A stretch of DNA of 64,000 bases from a virus: the IMG/VR virus record IMGVR_UViG_3300033141_004289, positions 1 to 64,000 of that record; one strand, given 5' to 3'. Every line of letters starts with the position of its first letter. The first letter of the stretch is position 1. The notes under the pieces are model-generated. The model had not been told where the DNA came from, made no database searches, and saw only the letters and a list, made by a program, of their open reading frames with translations. The position numbers were made by a program, and so were the translations under genes. Below are positions 23,325-32,387 of the stretch, piece after piece.

Positions 23325-24157
23325 AAAAGTTAAATCTATTAGTAGCTTATCCCTATATGGAAGTTCCAGAAGTTATCGATTATTTAGTTGCAAATCAAGA
23401 TAGTATTAGATTTCTATTAGACTCAGGTGCTTTTACAGCTTGGAAATCAGGCAATTCAATTAAAGTAGATGACTATTGTAAATTTATAGAAAATCTACCC
23501 TTTGAACCTTGGAGATATTTTACATTAGACGAAATAGGCGATCCAGAAGGTTCTTTTAAAAATTATGAGATAATGCTTAAAAGAGGATTTAACCCTATCC
23601 CTATTTTTACAAGAGGCGAAGATATTTCGATGGTAGAAGAATATTATAAGACTTCTGAGGTCTTAGGAATTGGTGGACTAGTTGGGACCAAAGGCAATAA
23701 AGGTTTTGTAAAAGGGATTATGGAAGTAGTAAAGGGCCGTAAAGTGCATTGGTTAGGGTTCACTAACAAGGAATTTATTAAATATTATAGGCCCTATTCT
23801 TGTGACAGTTCAGCTATGAAAACAGCAGAACGATTTGCTACCTTAGAAATTTTTGATGAAAAAACAGGCCTTTGGTATAAGATGAGTAAGTCAGATTTTG
23901 CTAAAAGACCTTCTAAGAAGATACTCGATTTAATCAATACTTATAATATGAATCCAAGGGATTTCGCATTAGAAGAGAAATGGAAAGGTGGTTATTCTGT
24001 TAGCTCCTATTTATCTTATAAAAGTCATATTCGTGCTTCGCTGCGGTATCACGAGAAACTAAATACTAAGTATTTCTTGGCCGCCATAGCTCATGCCCCA
24101 GTTGTTAGTATAGAAAAATTAATATCCACATATGAAGAAGAGTTAAATCGGTTATAA
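23321..24157 (+). CDS. TGT-fold DpdA-like deazaguanine transglycosylase (paralog 2)
   Basis: LDSGAFT, LDEIGD, GIGGLV, VHWLG, SCDSS; near-identical core to paralog 1. Confidence 0.75.
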   Translation: MKKLNLLVAYPYMEVPEVIDYLVANQDSIRFLLDSGAFTAWKSGNSIKVDDYCKFIENLPFEPWRYFTLDEIGDPEGSFKNYEIMLKRGFNPIPIFTRGEDISMVEEYYKTSEVLGIGGLVGTKGNKGFVKGIMEVVKGRKVHWLGFTNKEFIKYYRPYSCDSSAMKTAERFATLEIFDEKTGLWYKMSKSDFAKRPSKKILDLINTYNMNPRDFALEEKWKGGYSVSSYLSYKSHIRASLRYHEKLNTKYFLAAIAHAPVVSIEKLISTYEEELNRL

Positions 24158-24186
24158 TTGCTTTATAATATGTTCTAACTTAAACT
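24158..24186 (+). promoter_or_regulatory. Sigma70-like promoter
   Basis: TTGCTT-N17-TAAACT upstream of three leader-bearing genes and queC. Confidence 0.5.
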
Positions 24187-24223
24187 ATACTCATTCGAAT
24201 AAATTCACCTTTAAGGATAAATT

Positions 24224-24895
24224 ATGAAATTAGCTGAAAAGATATTATCTTGTACTAAGAAAACAGAAGCATTAGAGAAGCCTCGACTTGATATAAAAAC
24301 TACAGGTAGTAAGTTAATATTCAGTGATGCTACAGATCAAAAACTTGCGAAGGCCATATTAATCAAAAAAGGCATGAAAGGGATTGATAAGCAAAAAGGT
24401 AAAGAACTAGAATTTGCTGATGAAGAAACTATGGAGCAAGCATTAGAATTAGTTGAAGCAGATAATGTTAAGGTACAAAAACGAGCAATGGATAATATTC
24501 AGTCTATTATAAACAATTTAGAAGCTGCACTAGGTAGAACCGCTAAATTATTTAGTGATAAGTTTGATATAAAAGCAATTAAGAACGCTACCTCACTTTT
24601 AGCTGATATAGAAGATAGTCTTATGGATATTCATATGGGGTTTGAAGAGGCGAAAATTAGTGAGGCAGAAGATACAGCGAAGTTAGATAAAATGCTAAAA
24701 TCCTTAGATGCCAAACTAATATCTAGTAATAAGAAGCATGTATTATTAGAGTTCCCTAGTGACTCTAAATGGATGATCTATACTAATGAGATCGCAAAAA
24801 ATAAAAATATTCCCGGACGACCTTTACTAGATATATCTTTATCAGACGCAAAATCAAGTGAAGTAGAGCCTATGATTAAAGGGATGGTAAAATGA
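24224..24895 (+). CDS. MKLAEKIL-leader protein
   Basis: Shared leader MKLAEKILSCTKKTE. Confidence 0.6.
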   Translation: MKLAEKILSCTKKTEALEKPRLDIKTTGSKLIFSDATDQKLAKAILIKKGMKGIDKQKGKELEFADEETMEQALELVEADNVKVQKRAMDNIQSIINNLEAALGRTAKLFSDKFDIKAIKNATSLLADIEDSLMDIHMGFEEAKISEAEDTAKLDKMLKSLDAKLISSNKKHVLLEFPSDSKWMIYTNEIAKNKNIPGRPLLDISLSDAKSSEVEPMIKGMVK

Positions 24896-25392
24896 AAATT
24901 ATACAGGAACTGAATAACCTACTTAATGAGAAAGAGTTAGTAGAAAATAAAGATGTAGAAAAACAGCTCCAAATGACCTTTCCTAATTGGGTTCGTTATG
25001 CTGTTGGTAAAAAGCCCAAAGATGATTTAGACGACAAATTTGATCAAAAAAAAGCGGCCAAGGCGTTTGTGAAAACATTTGTACCACATCTCCGTAAAAA
25101 ACTTAATTCACTACAACGTGAATTTGGTGCAGGTGTAAAAACACGATCTTGTAAAGAAGCAGAGATTTTTAGATACGTTATTGGTAAAAAGTCTGAACTA
25201 TCGTTTTTTGCATGTATGCAAGCGTTTGGTAGTAAGTATTATGGGTTTTCTATTTTTGGTTCTATAAAAGGGGTAGAGTACAGCTCTCCTAAACTTGAAA
25301 AAACCAAAATGTCTAAACTTGTAAAGGACCTTGAAAAAGAAGTTGCCTCTTATGAGAAAAAAGTCAGACAACAAAATAAGGCAATAAAATGA
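24892..25392 (+). CDS. MKIxxE-leader protein
   Basis: Leader MKIIQELNNLLNE. Confidence 0.6.
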   Translation: MKIIQELNNLLNEKELVENKDVEKQLQMTFPNWVRYAVGKKPKDDLDDKFDQKKAAKAFVKTFVPHLRKKLNSLQREFGAGVKTRSCKEAEIFRYVIGKKSELSFFACMQAFGSKYYGFSIFGSIKGVEYSSPKLEKTKMSKLVKDLEKEVASYEKKVRQQNKAIK

Positions 25393-25688
25393 AAATTATA
25401 AATGAAATAAATACTTTACTTGGTGAAGGCAAATTCACTGTAAAATGGGATAATATAAAGCCTGTAAAGAAGATTACTTCTGCTAAAGGTTTAAAAGATG
25501 GTGATAAGATTCGAGTAGCTTTACCCGCTGACGATATGGCACCGGGAACTGAGCTAGGATACTATGAATTTAAGGATGGTAAATTTAAATTTGTAGGTGC
25601 AAACTTTTCACCATCTGATTTTGGGGATTATTCTGAAAAAGAATTCTTTATTGAATTTGCTGATAGTGATATTTTTTTATTAAAGTAA
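25389..25688 (+). CDS. MKIxNEIN-leader protein
   Basis: Leader MKIINEINTLLGE. Confidence 0.6.
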   Translation: MKIINEINTLLGEGKFTVKWDNIKPVKKITSAKGLKDGDKIRVALPADDMAPGTELGYYEFKDGKFKFVGANFSPSDFGDYSEKEFFIEFADSDIFLLK

Positions 25689-25696
25689 ATAAAGTC

Positions 25697-25754
25697 AGGG
25701 ATTGAAATACTCATAACGAGTCAACCGTTAGGCCCTTCTATATTCTGTAGGAGG
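25697..25754 (+). promoter_or_regulatory. Structured queC leader with SD-sequestering hairpin (riboswitch-like)
   Basis: CCTTCTA 25734-40 pairs with SD TAGGAGG 25748-54; alternative AGGG/CCCT; ACTC-ATAAC-GAGT hairpin whose loop complements GTTA. Confidence 0.45.
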
Positions 25755-25758
25755 AATT

Positions 25759-26496
25759 ATGAAAAATGGAAAAGCTGTTATTATTTTATCTGGGGGTATG
25801 GATTCCACTGTAGCCCTTTATTTAGCTGTAAGAGATTTTGGTGCTGAAAACATTAAGGCAGTCACCTTTGATTATCAGTCAAAACATAATGAGCAAGAGT
25901 ATTTAAGAGCAAAGAAATCTTGTGAAAAGTTAGGTGTAGAACATTGTCTAATTGACCTCTCTTCTATGGCAAGTCACTTTAACTCAAATCTCTTAAAATC
26001 AGGCGGTGAGATACCCGAAGGGCATTATGCTGAGTCAACTATGAAACAAACCGTTGTACCCTTTAGAAATGGCATTATGCTCTCCATAGCCTGTGGTATT
26101 GCTGAGTCTATGAATGCTAAAAGTGTTATTATTGGAAACCATGCGGGTGACCACCAGATTTACCCAGATTGTAGGGCCACCTTTATTTCAGCTATGAATG
26201 AGGCTATGGCATATGGGACTTATATTAATGTAAATATCCTCTCCCCTTTTTGTTCAAAAACTAAAACAGATATTGCTATTTTGGGTGAGGATTTAGGTGT
26301 CGATTGGGCAAATACTTATAGCTGTTATAAAGGCGGTGAAGAAGAGTGTGGCCTCTGCTCGACTTGCTATGAGGCAAAATTAAGTCTTTATGAAGCGGGT
26401 GTTAGTGAAATTCTATATATGGGTAAATATAAAGATAAGACACCGATTTTGGAGTTAAAGACAAAATATGAGGAAAGATTAGTAGATGAATCATAA
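25759..26496 (+). CDS. queC: 7-cyano-7-deazaguanine synthase
   Basis: SGGMDS PP-loop, VPFRN, YPDCR, SCY..CG.C..C zinc site. Confidence 0.95.
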   Translation: MKNGKAVIILSGGMDSTVALYLAVRDFGAENIKAVTFDYQSKHNEQEYLRAKKSCEKLGVEHCLIDLSSMASHFNSNLLKSGGEIPEGHYAESTMKQTVVPFRNGIMLSIACGIAESMNAKSVIIGNHAGDHQIYPDCRATFISAMNEAMAYGTYINVNILSPFCSKTKTDIAILGEDLGVDWANTYSCYKGGEEECGLCSTCYEAKLSLYEAGVSEILYMGKYKDKTPILELKTKYEERLVDES

Positions 26497-26500
26497 GTAC

Positions 26501-26525
26501 ATTTATTGACAATTTGTCAATAAAT
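26501..26525. repeat. Perfect 25-bp palindrome
   Basis: ATTTATTGACAA-T-TTGTCAATAAAT. Confidence 0.9.
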
Positions 26526-26608
26526 AATTCTAGAAATTTGGGCTGTTTCCCTTGAAAAATCAGCGGGTTGTTAGTTAAATATATTCTAACTTTTCAAGGA
26601 GAACAGCT

Positions 26609-26899
26609 ATGACAGATATTATTCTAAATGAGAAAAGCCCTACTTATCGTAGTGGATTTGCCCTTTATCAACAATGGTGTAAGGCCAAGAAAAAGAAGGT
26701 TTGGGCAAAAAATCCTAAAACTATAGAACTATTCTTATCTGATCTTAAAGAAGGATTCCCTAGTGATAAGCCTAAAGCTGTAGGTACATTAAAGGTCAAA
26801 TTAAGTGCTGTAAGGAATCATTTTGAATTAAATGAACAAATAGGTAAGCTTGATTTTAAGGCATTACAGAAATTTGCTATTGACCTCTATTCTAAATAG
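26609..26899 (+). CDS. Possible stand-alone tyrosine-recombinase N-terminal (SAM-like) domain
   Basis: TYRSGFALYQQWC..TIELFLSDL..TLKVKLSAVRNHF resembles integrase core-binding helices; no catalytic domain. Confidence 0.45.
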   Translation: MTDIILNEKSPTYRSGFALYQQWCKAKKKKVWAKNPKTIELFLSDLKEGFPSDKPKAVGTLKVKLSAVRNHFELNEQIGKLDFKALQKFAIDLYSK

Positions 26900-26962
26900 C
26901 CCACTATAAATATTTTCATTTAAATTCTTTTTCCCTTATAATATAGGGGAAGGAGAATACAT

Positions 26963-27181
26963 ATGAAGATTGCAAATGAGATAGATAGAATACTCGCTGA
27001 ACAATTCTTACCTAAAAATATTGAAATTGGAAAAAAATACGAAAGTGTTTTTGTTGATGATAAAACATTTAAAGACCTTATTTTAAAAAATATAAATACA
27101 GATACTTCAGAACTATTTTTTGTCGGGAAATCAGGCAAGCATAAGTTCAATTATATTGAACAAGAAATAGAGATTAATTAA
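26963..27181 (+). CDS. MKIxNEI-leader protein
   Basis: Leader MKIANEIDRILAE. Confidence 0.6.
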   Translation: MKIANEIDRILAEQFLPKNIEIGKKYESVFVDDKTFKDLILKNINTDTSELFFVGKSGKHKFNYIEQEIEIN

Positions 27182-27219
27182 AATTAAATAAGTTCTTATT
27201 ACTAATATTTGCCAAGGAT

Positions 27220-28647
27220 GTGCGAATGAGTAAAAGCGAGAAGCTGTTAGGCCGCAAACCAAAAAACAGCTCCCCTACAAGAAAACAGTTAATTAAATCA
27301 TACATTGATCTTAAAAGAAAAGAAAAAGATCAAACCATTTCTATCTTCCGTGACGATTTTGTGCGGTGTTCCCCATTTAGCAAACGACTAATTGTAAAAC
27401 TATTTGGGTCATGGGGCAGCTTTAGAAATGAGGCTGAAGAAGAGTGCTACAAAAAATTGCCTAAAAAAGCTAGGGCCCTCTTATCTGAAAGGTCAAAAAA
27501 GTTCGATGAGAATGCTACTAAAGATAGTTGTATTGATAATCTAAGATTAGTTCAAGAAGAGAATCCCACCTCAGATATATCTAGAAATTTTTATAGAGAA
27601 ATAGGTAAATATTCCGACAGTACTTGGAGTAGGTTTTTTGGAACCTTCCAAGAATTTAGAAGACAAGCTGGAATTGAATTAACCAGACACCAACATAAAT
27701 TGGAAAGGGAGGTTGCAAAACATGCGTCATATGATAACTTGCGAGAATTTTTCAGAACTGAGGTGCTTCCTTTTCATAACAAATTTGATAAATTTAATAG
27801 TAATAATAATCGCTATAAAACAATTTTAGTTGGGTCAGACTTTCATGATGTTGACTGTGACGAGTTTGTGCTATCTGTTTTTATTGATACGGCAAGGAGA
27901 TTACAACCTGACGTAATTGTTTTAAACGGTGATTTATTCGATCTTTACGACTGTTCTAAATATTCTAAGGACTTGCGACAATTAAAAATAGTTGAAAGGT
28001 TTGATTTTGTTAAACGGAATATTTTTAAACCATTAAGGGAGTTATGCCCCAATACACAGATTGATTTTATACTTGGTAACCATGAATGGCGTTTATTAAA
28101 TTTACTTTCGGATAAAACACCAAATTTAAAAGTAATCTTAGCAGATGTGATGGGCCTATCTTTAGCAGATGTGTTCGGTTTAGACGAGTTTCAAATAAAT
28201 ATGGTATGTAAATTAGACCTGACTGCCTTTACAAAAACAGACATGAAGAATGAATTGCGCCAAAACTATCGTGTTTATTACGACTGTTTTGTAGCTGGCC
28301 ATTTTAAAGATTTAGGTTATGGGATGTCAGGAACCAGTGGTCACTGTCATAGGCCCGCAACTATTACATTTACAAATTTAATTATGGGTAAGTGTTCATG
28401 GGTTGAAACGGGCTGTATGTGTATAACAGATGCCGAGTATGTCCCCCATCGCAGTAAATGGACAAATTCATTTTTAATTGCACATATTGATGCGGCTTGT
28501 AAAAGTGTCTCTCCTGAACATATAATAGTTCCATACGATAACGTAGTTATTCATGGGGTTAGGTATGAAAGAGAAGGCGATAGCGCACAATTCGAAAGAT
28601 ATAACGGGAAAAAGGTTTGGTTACCTGACGGTATTAAAAAGAGCTGA
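27220..28647 (+). CDS. Metallophosphoesterase with N-terminal homing-endonuclease-associated repeats
   Basis: FGSW/FGTF repeats followed by SDFH, NGDLFD, GNHE, SGHCH. Confidence 0.75.
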   Translation: MRMSKSEKLLGRKPKNSSPTRKQLIKSYIDLKRKEKDQTISIFRDDFVRCSPFSKRLIVKLFGSWGSFRNEAEEECYKKLPKKARALLSERSKKFDENATKDSCIDNLRLVQEENPTSDISRNFYREIGKYSDSTWSRFFGTFQEFRRQAGIELTRHQHKLEREVAKHASYDNLREFFRTEVLPFHNKFDKFNSNNNRYKTILVGSDFHDVDCDEFVLSVFIDTARRLQPDVIVLNGDLFDLYDCSKYSKDLRQLKIVERFDFVKRNIFKPLRELCPNTQIDFILGNHEWRLLNLLSDKTPNLKVILADVMGLSLADVFGLDEFQINMVCKLDLTAFTKTDMKNELRQNYRVYYDCFVAGHFKDLGYGMSGTSGHCHRPATITFTNLIMGKCSWVETGCMCITDAEYVPHRSKWTNSFLIAHIDAACKSVSPEHIIVPYDNVVIHGVRYEREGDSAQFERYNGKKVWLPDGIKKS

Positions 28648-29254
28648 GAGTTATGAATATTACACACCAAGTGGAAAACGTAGTTATAAGTCACAGTGGC
28701 TATGTGAGTGTGAGTGTGGGAAACAGTTTGTACGACAATACGGGGCAATAACTAGTAAGTCTGTAAAAATAAAATCGTGTGGCTGTAAGAAGGCTGAAAG
28801 ACTTAAACAAATTAATGAAACAAAAAGAAAAAACGCAGGAGATTCGGCATTTAATAGTTTGATGAAGAGATACAAAAACGATGCTGAAAGGCGTGGGTAT
28901 AGCTGGGAACTAACTGTGGCAGAGTTTAGATCACTAACCAAGGGTATGTGCCATTACTGTGGCGTTGAACCTTTTCAGTTACAGAAAGGCCATTGGAGTG
29001 ATTATTCATATAATGGGATTGACCGGATTAATTCGGACGGTGGTTACACGGAAGCAAATACTCTTTCCTGTTGTGGTAGTTGTAATCATATGAAATTAGA
29101 TTTGTCCTATTGTGACTTCATATCTATTTGTAAGCGAGTTGCTTTGAAGAGTATTGGTGATGAAGGTTACAAAAAATATGAGGACAACAGAAAAACAGCT
29201 TATGAGAGAAGATACGGGAAACCAAGGATGGTTGAGGATGAGCGAAAAGATTAG
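28565..29254 (+). mobile_element. Free-standing HNH homing endonuclease
   Basis: GKRFGYLTVL, WLCECECG, SCGC, CHYCG, GIDRINSDGGY..N..CC..CN..K; overlaps both neighbours. Confidence 0.85.
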
Positions 29255-29558
29255 ATTTAGACTACCCGAGTCAATAAAAATAAAGGGCAAAAAATATAAG
29301 TTAAAGCATGTTAAAAATTTAAAGGATGATGATGGCAAACCTTGTATGGGCCTACACGATCACGAAAATAAAGTTATCTCAATTGATAAGTTAGTAATTG
29401 GTTCTGAGAAGAGACAAACACTATTACATGAATTTTTTCACGCTTATTTATATGAGTGTAATATTAGAGAAGGATTGGATTCTCAATTAGAAGAAGTAAT
29501 AGTTGAAGCACTATCTCAAGGTATAGAAGAACATTTTGATATTAAGTGGAAAAAATGA
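29238..29558 (+). CDS. Zincin-like HExxH metallopeptidase-domain protein
   Basis: QTLLHEFFHA...EE; likely start ATG 29238. Confidence 0.7.
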   Translation: MSEKIRFRLPESIKIKGKKYKLKHVKNLKDDDGKPCMGLHDHENKVISIDKLVIGSEKRQTLLHEFFHAYLYECNIREGLDSQLEEVIVEALSQGIEEHFDIKWKK

Positions 29559-29591
29559 TCTAATAAGTTAAATCATTTAAAGGAAAGTCAT

Positions 29592-30320
29592 ATGTTAATT
29601 TTAGCACCTAGTGAGCCAACCTTTTACACCCTACAAGGAGAAGGTAAATATATTGGATACCCATCTGTATTTATTCGATTATCCAGATGTAATTTAAGGT
29701 GTATGTGGCAAAATGCTAATGGTACATTTACTAAATGCGATACACCGCACACATCATTTGAACCTGAAATTGATGAAGTGAAGATAAGTAAATTAGTTGA
29801 AACGATTTGTAATTATGACACTGAGCATATTGTTATAAGTGGTGGGGAACCATTCTTTCAAAAAAAGGTAACAATATTAATCCACGAATTAGTTAAGTAT
29901 GGGAAGTTTGTAACAGTTGAAACTAATGGTACAATCTATCACGAGAATGAGGCCCAATTTATTAGTCTATCACCTAAACTCTCGACCAGTTCAGGCCATC
30001 CAACTTATGGAAAAATGCACGATCTACATAGAATAAATTATAGCGCATTATCTAATTTTATTACTAAATCAAAGGATTTCCAGTTCAAATTTGTAGTCAA
30101 TACCGAAGATGATATTAAAGAAATTCTAGAAATTAAAAGAGTTCTATTTGAAAGAACAACTATTGATATAAATGATTATATTTGGCTTATGCCTCAAGGA
30201 ATTGCAGAATACCAATTTGATGGTAGACTTAAATGGTTGGCCGAAATTTGTAAACAATATAAGTGGAAATTAACTGACCGCTTTCATATTAGATTATTTG
30301 GAAGTGGAGTTGGAGTATAA
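29592..30320 (+). CDS. queE: 7-carboxy-7-deazaguanine synthase (radical SAM)
   Basis: FYTLQGEG, CNLRC...CDT, SGGEP, ETNG, SPKL, KFVV. Confidence 0.93.
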   Translation: MLILAPSEPTFYTLQGEGKYIGYPSVFIRLSRCNLRCMWQNANGTFTKCDTPHTSFEPEIDEVKISKLVETICNYDTEHIVISGGEPFFQKKVTILIHELVKYGKFVTVETNGTIYHENEAQFISLSPKLSTSSGHPTYGKMHDLHRINYSALSNFITKSKDFQFKFVVNTEDDIKEILEIKRVLFERTTIDINDYIWLMPQGIAEYQFDGRLKWLAEICKQYKWKLTDRFHIRLFGSGVGV

Positions 30321-31070
30321 ATGAATAAAGAAGAGTTATCCATATTAAAAAGTATAGTTAAAAAACCTAAATTGGATAAATTAGGTATGTCAGTAAAAAG
30401 ACAGAGAGTTATTGATAATCTTGAGAAGCAGGGATTTATTGACTATAAGGCTTCCGTAGGTGGAATCACTGCTTATAGGGTTACAAAAAAAGGTCAAGAA
30501 ATGCTTAATAAAAATGAAGGTAGAATGAAATTAGTAAATGAAATAAACGATCTATTAAGTATTGATGAATCAAATAATGTTATGTTTTTTGATAATACAG
30601 TAGGTGGCTTACAAAAATCAGAATTTGACCCGATGGTTAAAGATATATTTAAGGGTAGTGGTTTAAGTCCTGATGTAAATGAAGGCCCATATTATGGTAC
30701 GGATAAGAGTAAAAATGCCCATTATAATGGAGTAGGACTTTTTGCTAGTGATGGGGCCAAAATAGAAGATGATTCTATATATGCAAGTGGTTCTCTTCGT
30801 AGATATTTAGTGCCTGTAAAAAATAGTGATTCCGAAATAGCCAAAGAGTTTTGGGAACTAAGATTAGAATTTGATTATAGCTTAGAAGATGATCTTATGG
30901 ATTATTCTGAAATGTCAAAACCAGTTGAAATGTTAGCAACAGCTAATGGGGATTTTGATGCTAAGAAGTTATCTAAAGACATTAAGAAGCTTATTAAAAA
31001 AGTTAAAGTGGACCAAAAAGTAGCTACAAAAAAAGCTATAGAACAAAAAAAACAGGATAACTCATTATGA
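30321..31070 (+). CDS. Hypothetical protein with internal MKLVNEIN leader (second start at 30525)
   Basis: In-frame GAAGG-TAGA-ATG at 30525 begins MKLVNEINDLLSIDE. Confidence 0.55.
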   Translation: MNKEELSILKSIVKKPKLDKLGMSVKRQRVIDNLEKQGFIDYKASVGGITAYRVTKKGQEMLNKNEGRMKLVNEINDLLSIDESNNVMFFDNTVGGLQKSEFDPMVKDIFKGSGLSPDVNEGPYYGTDKSKNAHYNGVGLFASDGAKIEDDSIYASGSLRRYLVPVKNSDSEIAKEFWELRLEFDYSLEDDLMDYSEMSKPVEMLATANGDFDAKKLSKDIKKLIKKVKVDQKVATKKAIEQKKQDNSL

Positions 31071-31312
31071 AAATAGTAAATGAGATAAATAATTTGTTAG
31101 AAGGCCTTTTTAAAGTTGGTGATAAAGTTGAGCTTTCAAGAGACCAACAATTCTCTAATGTGGATATGAAAACGCATAAGTCAAAAATGTTTATTATAAA
31201 AAAAGGTACTAAAGGTATTGTGAAAAGTGTGGCCAGTGATGGGATACCCTCTGTGTTATGGGATAATCAAACTGAACCAAAACTAACTCCACCAGTGGCC
31301 TTAAAGAAATAA
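31067..31312 (+). CDS. MKIVNEIN-leader protein, SH3/KOW-like body
   Basis: Leader MKIVNEINNLLE then FKVGDKV..G.KG.V. Confidence 0.6.
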   Translation: MKIVNEINNLLEGLFKVGDKVELSRDQQFSNVDMKTHKSKMFIIKKGTKGIVKSVASDGIPSVLWDNQTEPKLTPPVALKK

Positions 31313-31322
31313 GGATAAAGTA

Positions 31323-31949
31323 ATGTCAAATTTTCCAGAAACACCAATAAAAAAGAACGGTCTATCAAGGCTTGAAAAGAAGTGTTTAATTGAGCAACAC
31401 TTTAAAGCAATAATGGAAACATTAGAACTTGATCTATCTGATGACTCACTGAAAGATACCCCAAAGAGGGTAGCTAAAATGTATGTAGATGAAATATACA
31501 AAGGGTTATTAGAAGAGAATTTTCCTAAGATAACCTGTGTAGATAATAAGTTTGGTAGTCAAATGGTGACTATGGGCGACATAACTTTAAATTCCAGTTG
31601 TGAGCATCATTTTGTAACCATTTGTGGGTACGCCCATATTAGCTATATTCCAAATGAAAAAGTAATTGGATTATCAAAATTAAATAGATTGGTTGATTAT
31701 TATGGTAGTCGTCCACAGGTTCAAGAACGATTAACAGAACAAATACAGAAAAAGATATGTGAATTATTGGATACTGAAGATGTTGCTGTTACAATTGATG
31801 GAGTACATTTTTGTGTTAGAGCAAGAGGAATTAGAGATAGTAGTTCTGTAACTAGAACAAGCTCACTAGGTGGAACATTTATGAGTGTTGAAACTTGTAG
31901 GGCAGAATACTTTAATAATATACCCAAATTAGCAGATTTTAAATTATAA
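31323..31949 (+). CDS. folE: GTP cyclohydrolase I
   Basis: TPKRVAKMY, CEHH, GLSKL.R, PQVQERLT, HFC..RG. Confidence 0.95.
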   Translation: MSNFPETPIKKNGLSRLEKKCLIEQHFKAIMETLELDLSDDSLKDTPKRVAKMYVDEIYKGLLEENFPKITCVDNKFGSQMVTMGDITLNSSCEHHFVTICGYAHISYIPNEKVIGLSKLNRLVDYYGSRPQVQERLTEQIQKKICELLDTEDVAVTIDGVHFCVRARGIRDSSSVTRTSSLGGTFMSVETCRAEYFNNIPKLADFKL

Positions 31950-31958
31950 GGATTAATT

Positions 31959-32387
31959 ATGAAATTAGCAGAAAAGATTTTAAACATAGGCGAGGCAGTA
32001 TCTAATATCCCAGACGGGTTTTATGAAGTTAAGAAATTTTTTAGAGTTGGGTTCGGTGCTTGGAGCATGACTTTTAGGCCGGGACAAATACTTTCTTATA
32101 AAAAAAGAAAATTAGAGCAGTGGGACGCACTCTCAAAAACATTTAAGACCAGAAAACCACCTATACAAGGTAGAGAGACATTTGATCTGACAGCTTATGA
32201 CGATAATTACGAGCAGAAGATTCAAATCAAAAAATTCTTGGATAATGTTGAGTCACTAAAAGAGAAAGAATTTAATAAACGAATAATGGCGTCACTCCCT
32301 GAAATTACAGGTACAGTTAAAGATGTAATGAAAAAGATGAAGGATTTACCACCTAAAACTAAAGTGAAGTTAATTGTAGAAAAGTAA
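31959..32387 (+). CDS. MKLAEKIL-leader protein
   Basis: Leader MKLAEKILNIGE. Confidence 0.6.
   Translation: MKLAEKILNIGEAVSNIPDGFYEVKKFFRVGFGAWSMTFRPGQILSYKKRKLEQWDALSKTFKTRKPPIQGRETFDLTAYDDNYEQKIQIKKFLDNVESLKEKEFNKRIMASLPEITGTVKDVMKKMKDLPPKTKVKLIVEK

Noticed and set aside
28553-29254. Group I intron around the HNH gene
   Set aside because: No non-coding flanks or P7 (R/S) elements; both neighbours look complete
29680-29745. QueE with CX3CX11C spacing as a novel radical SAM enzyme
   Set aside because: Insertions in this loop are known among QueE proteins and all other motifs are typical
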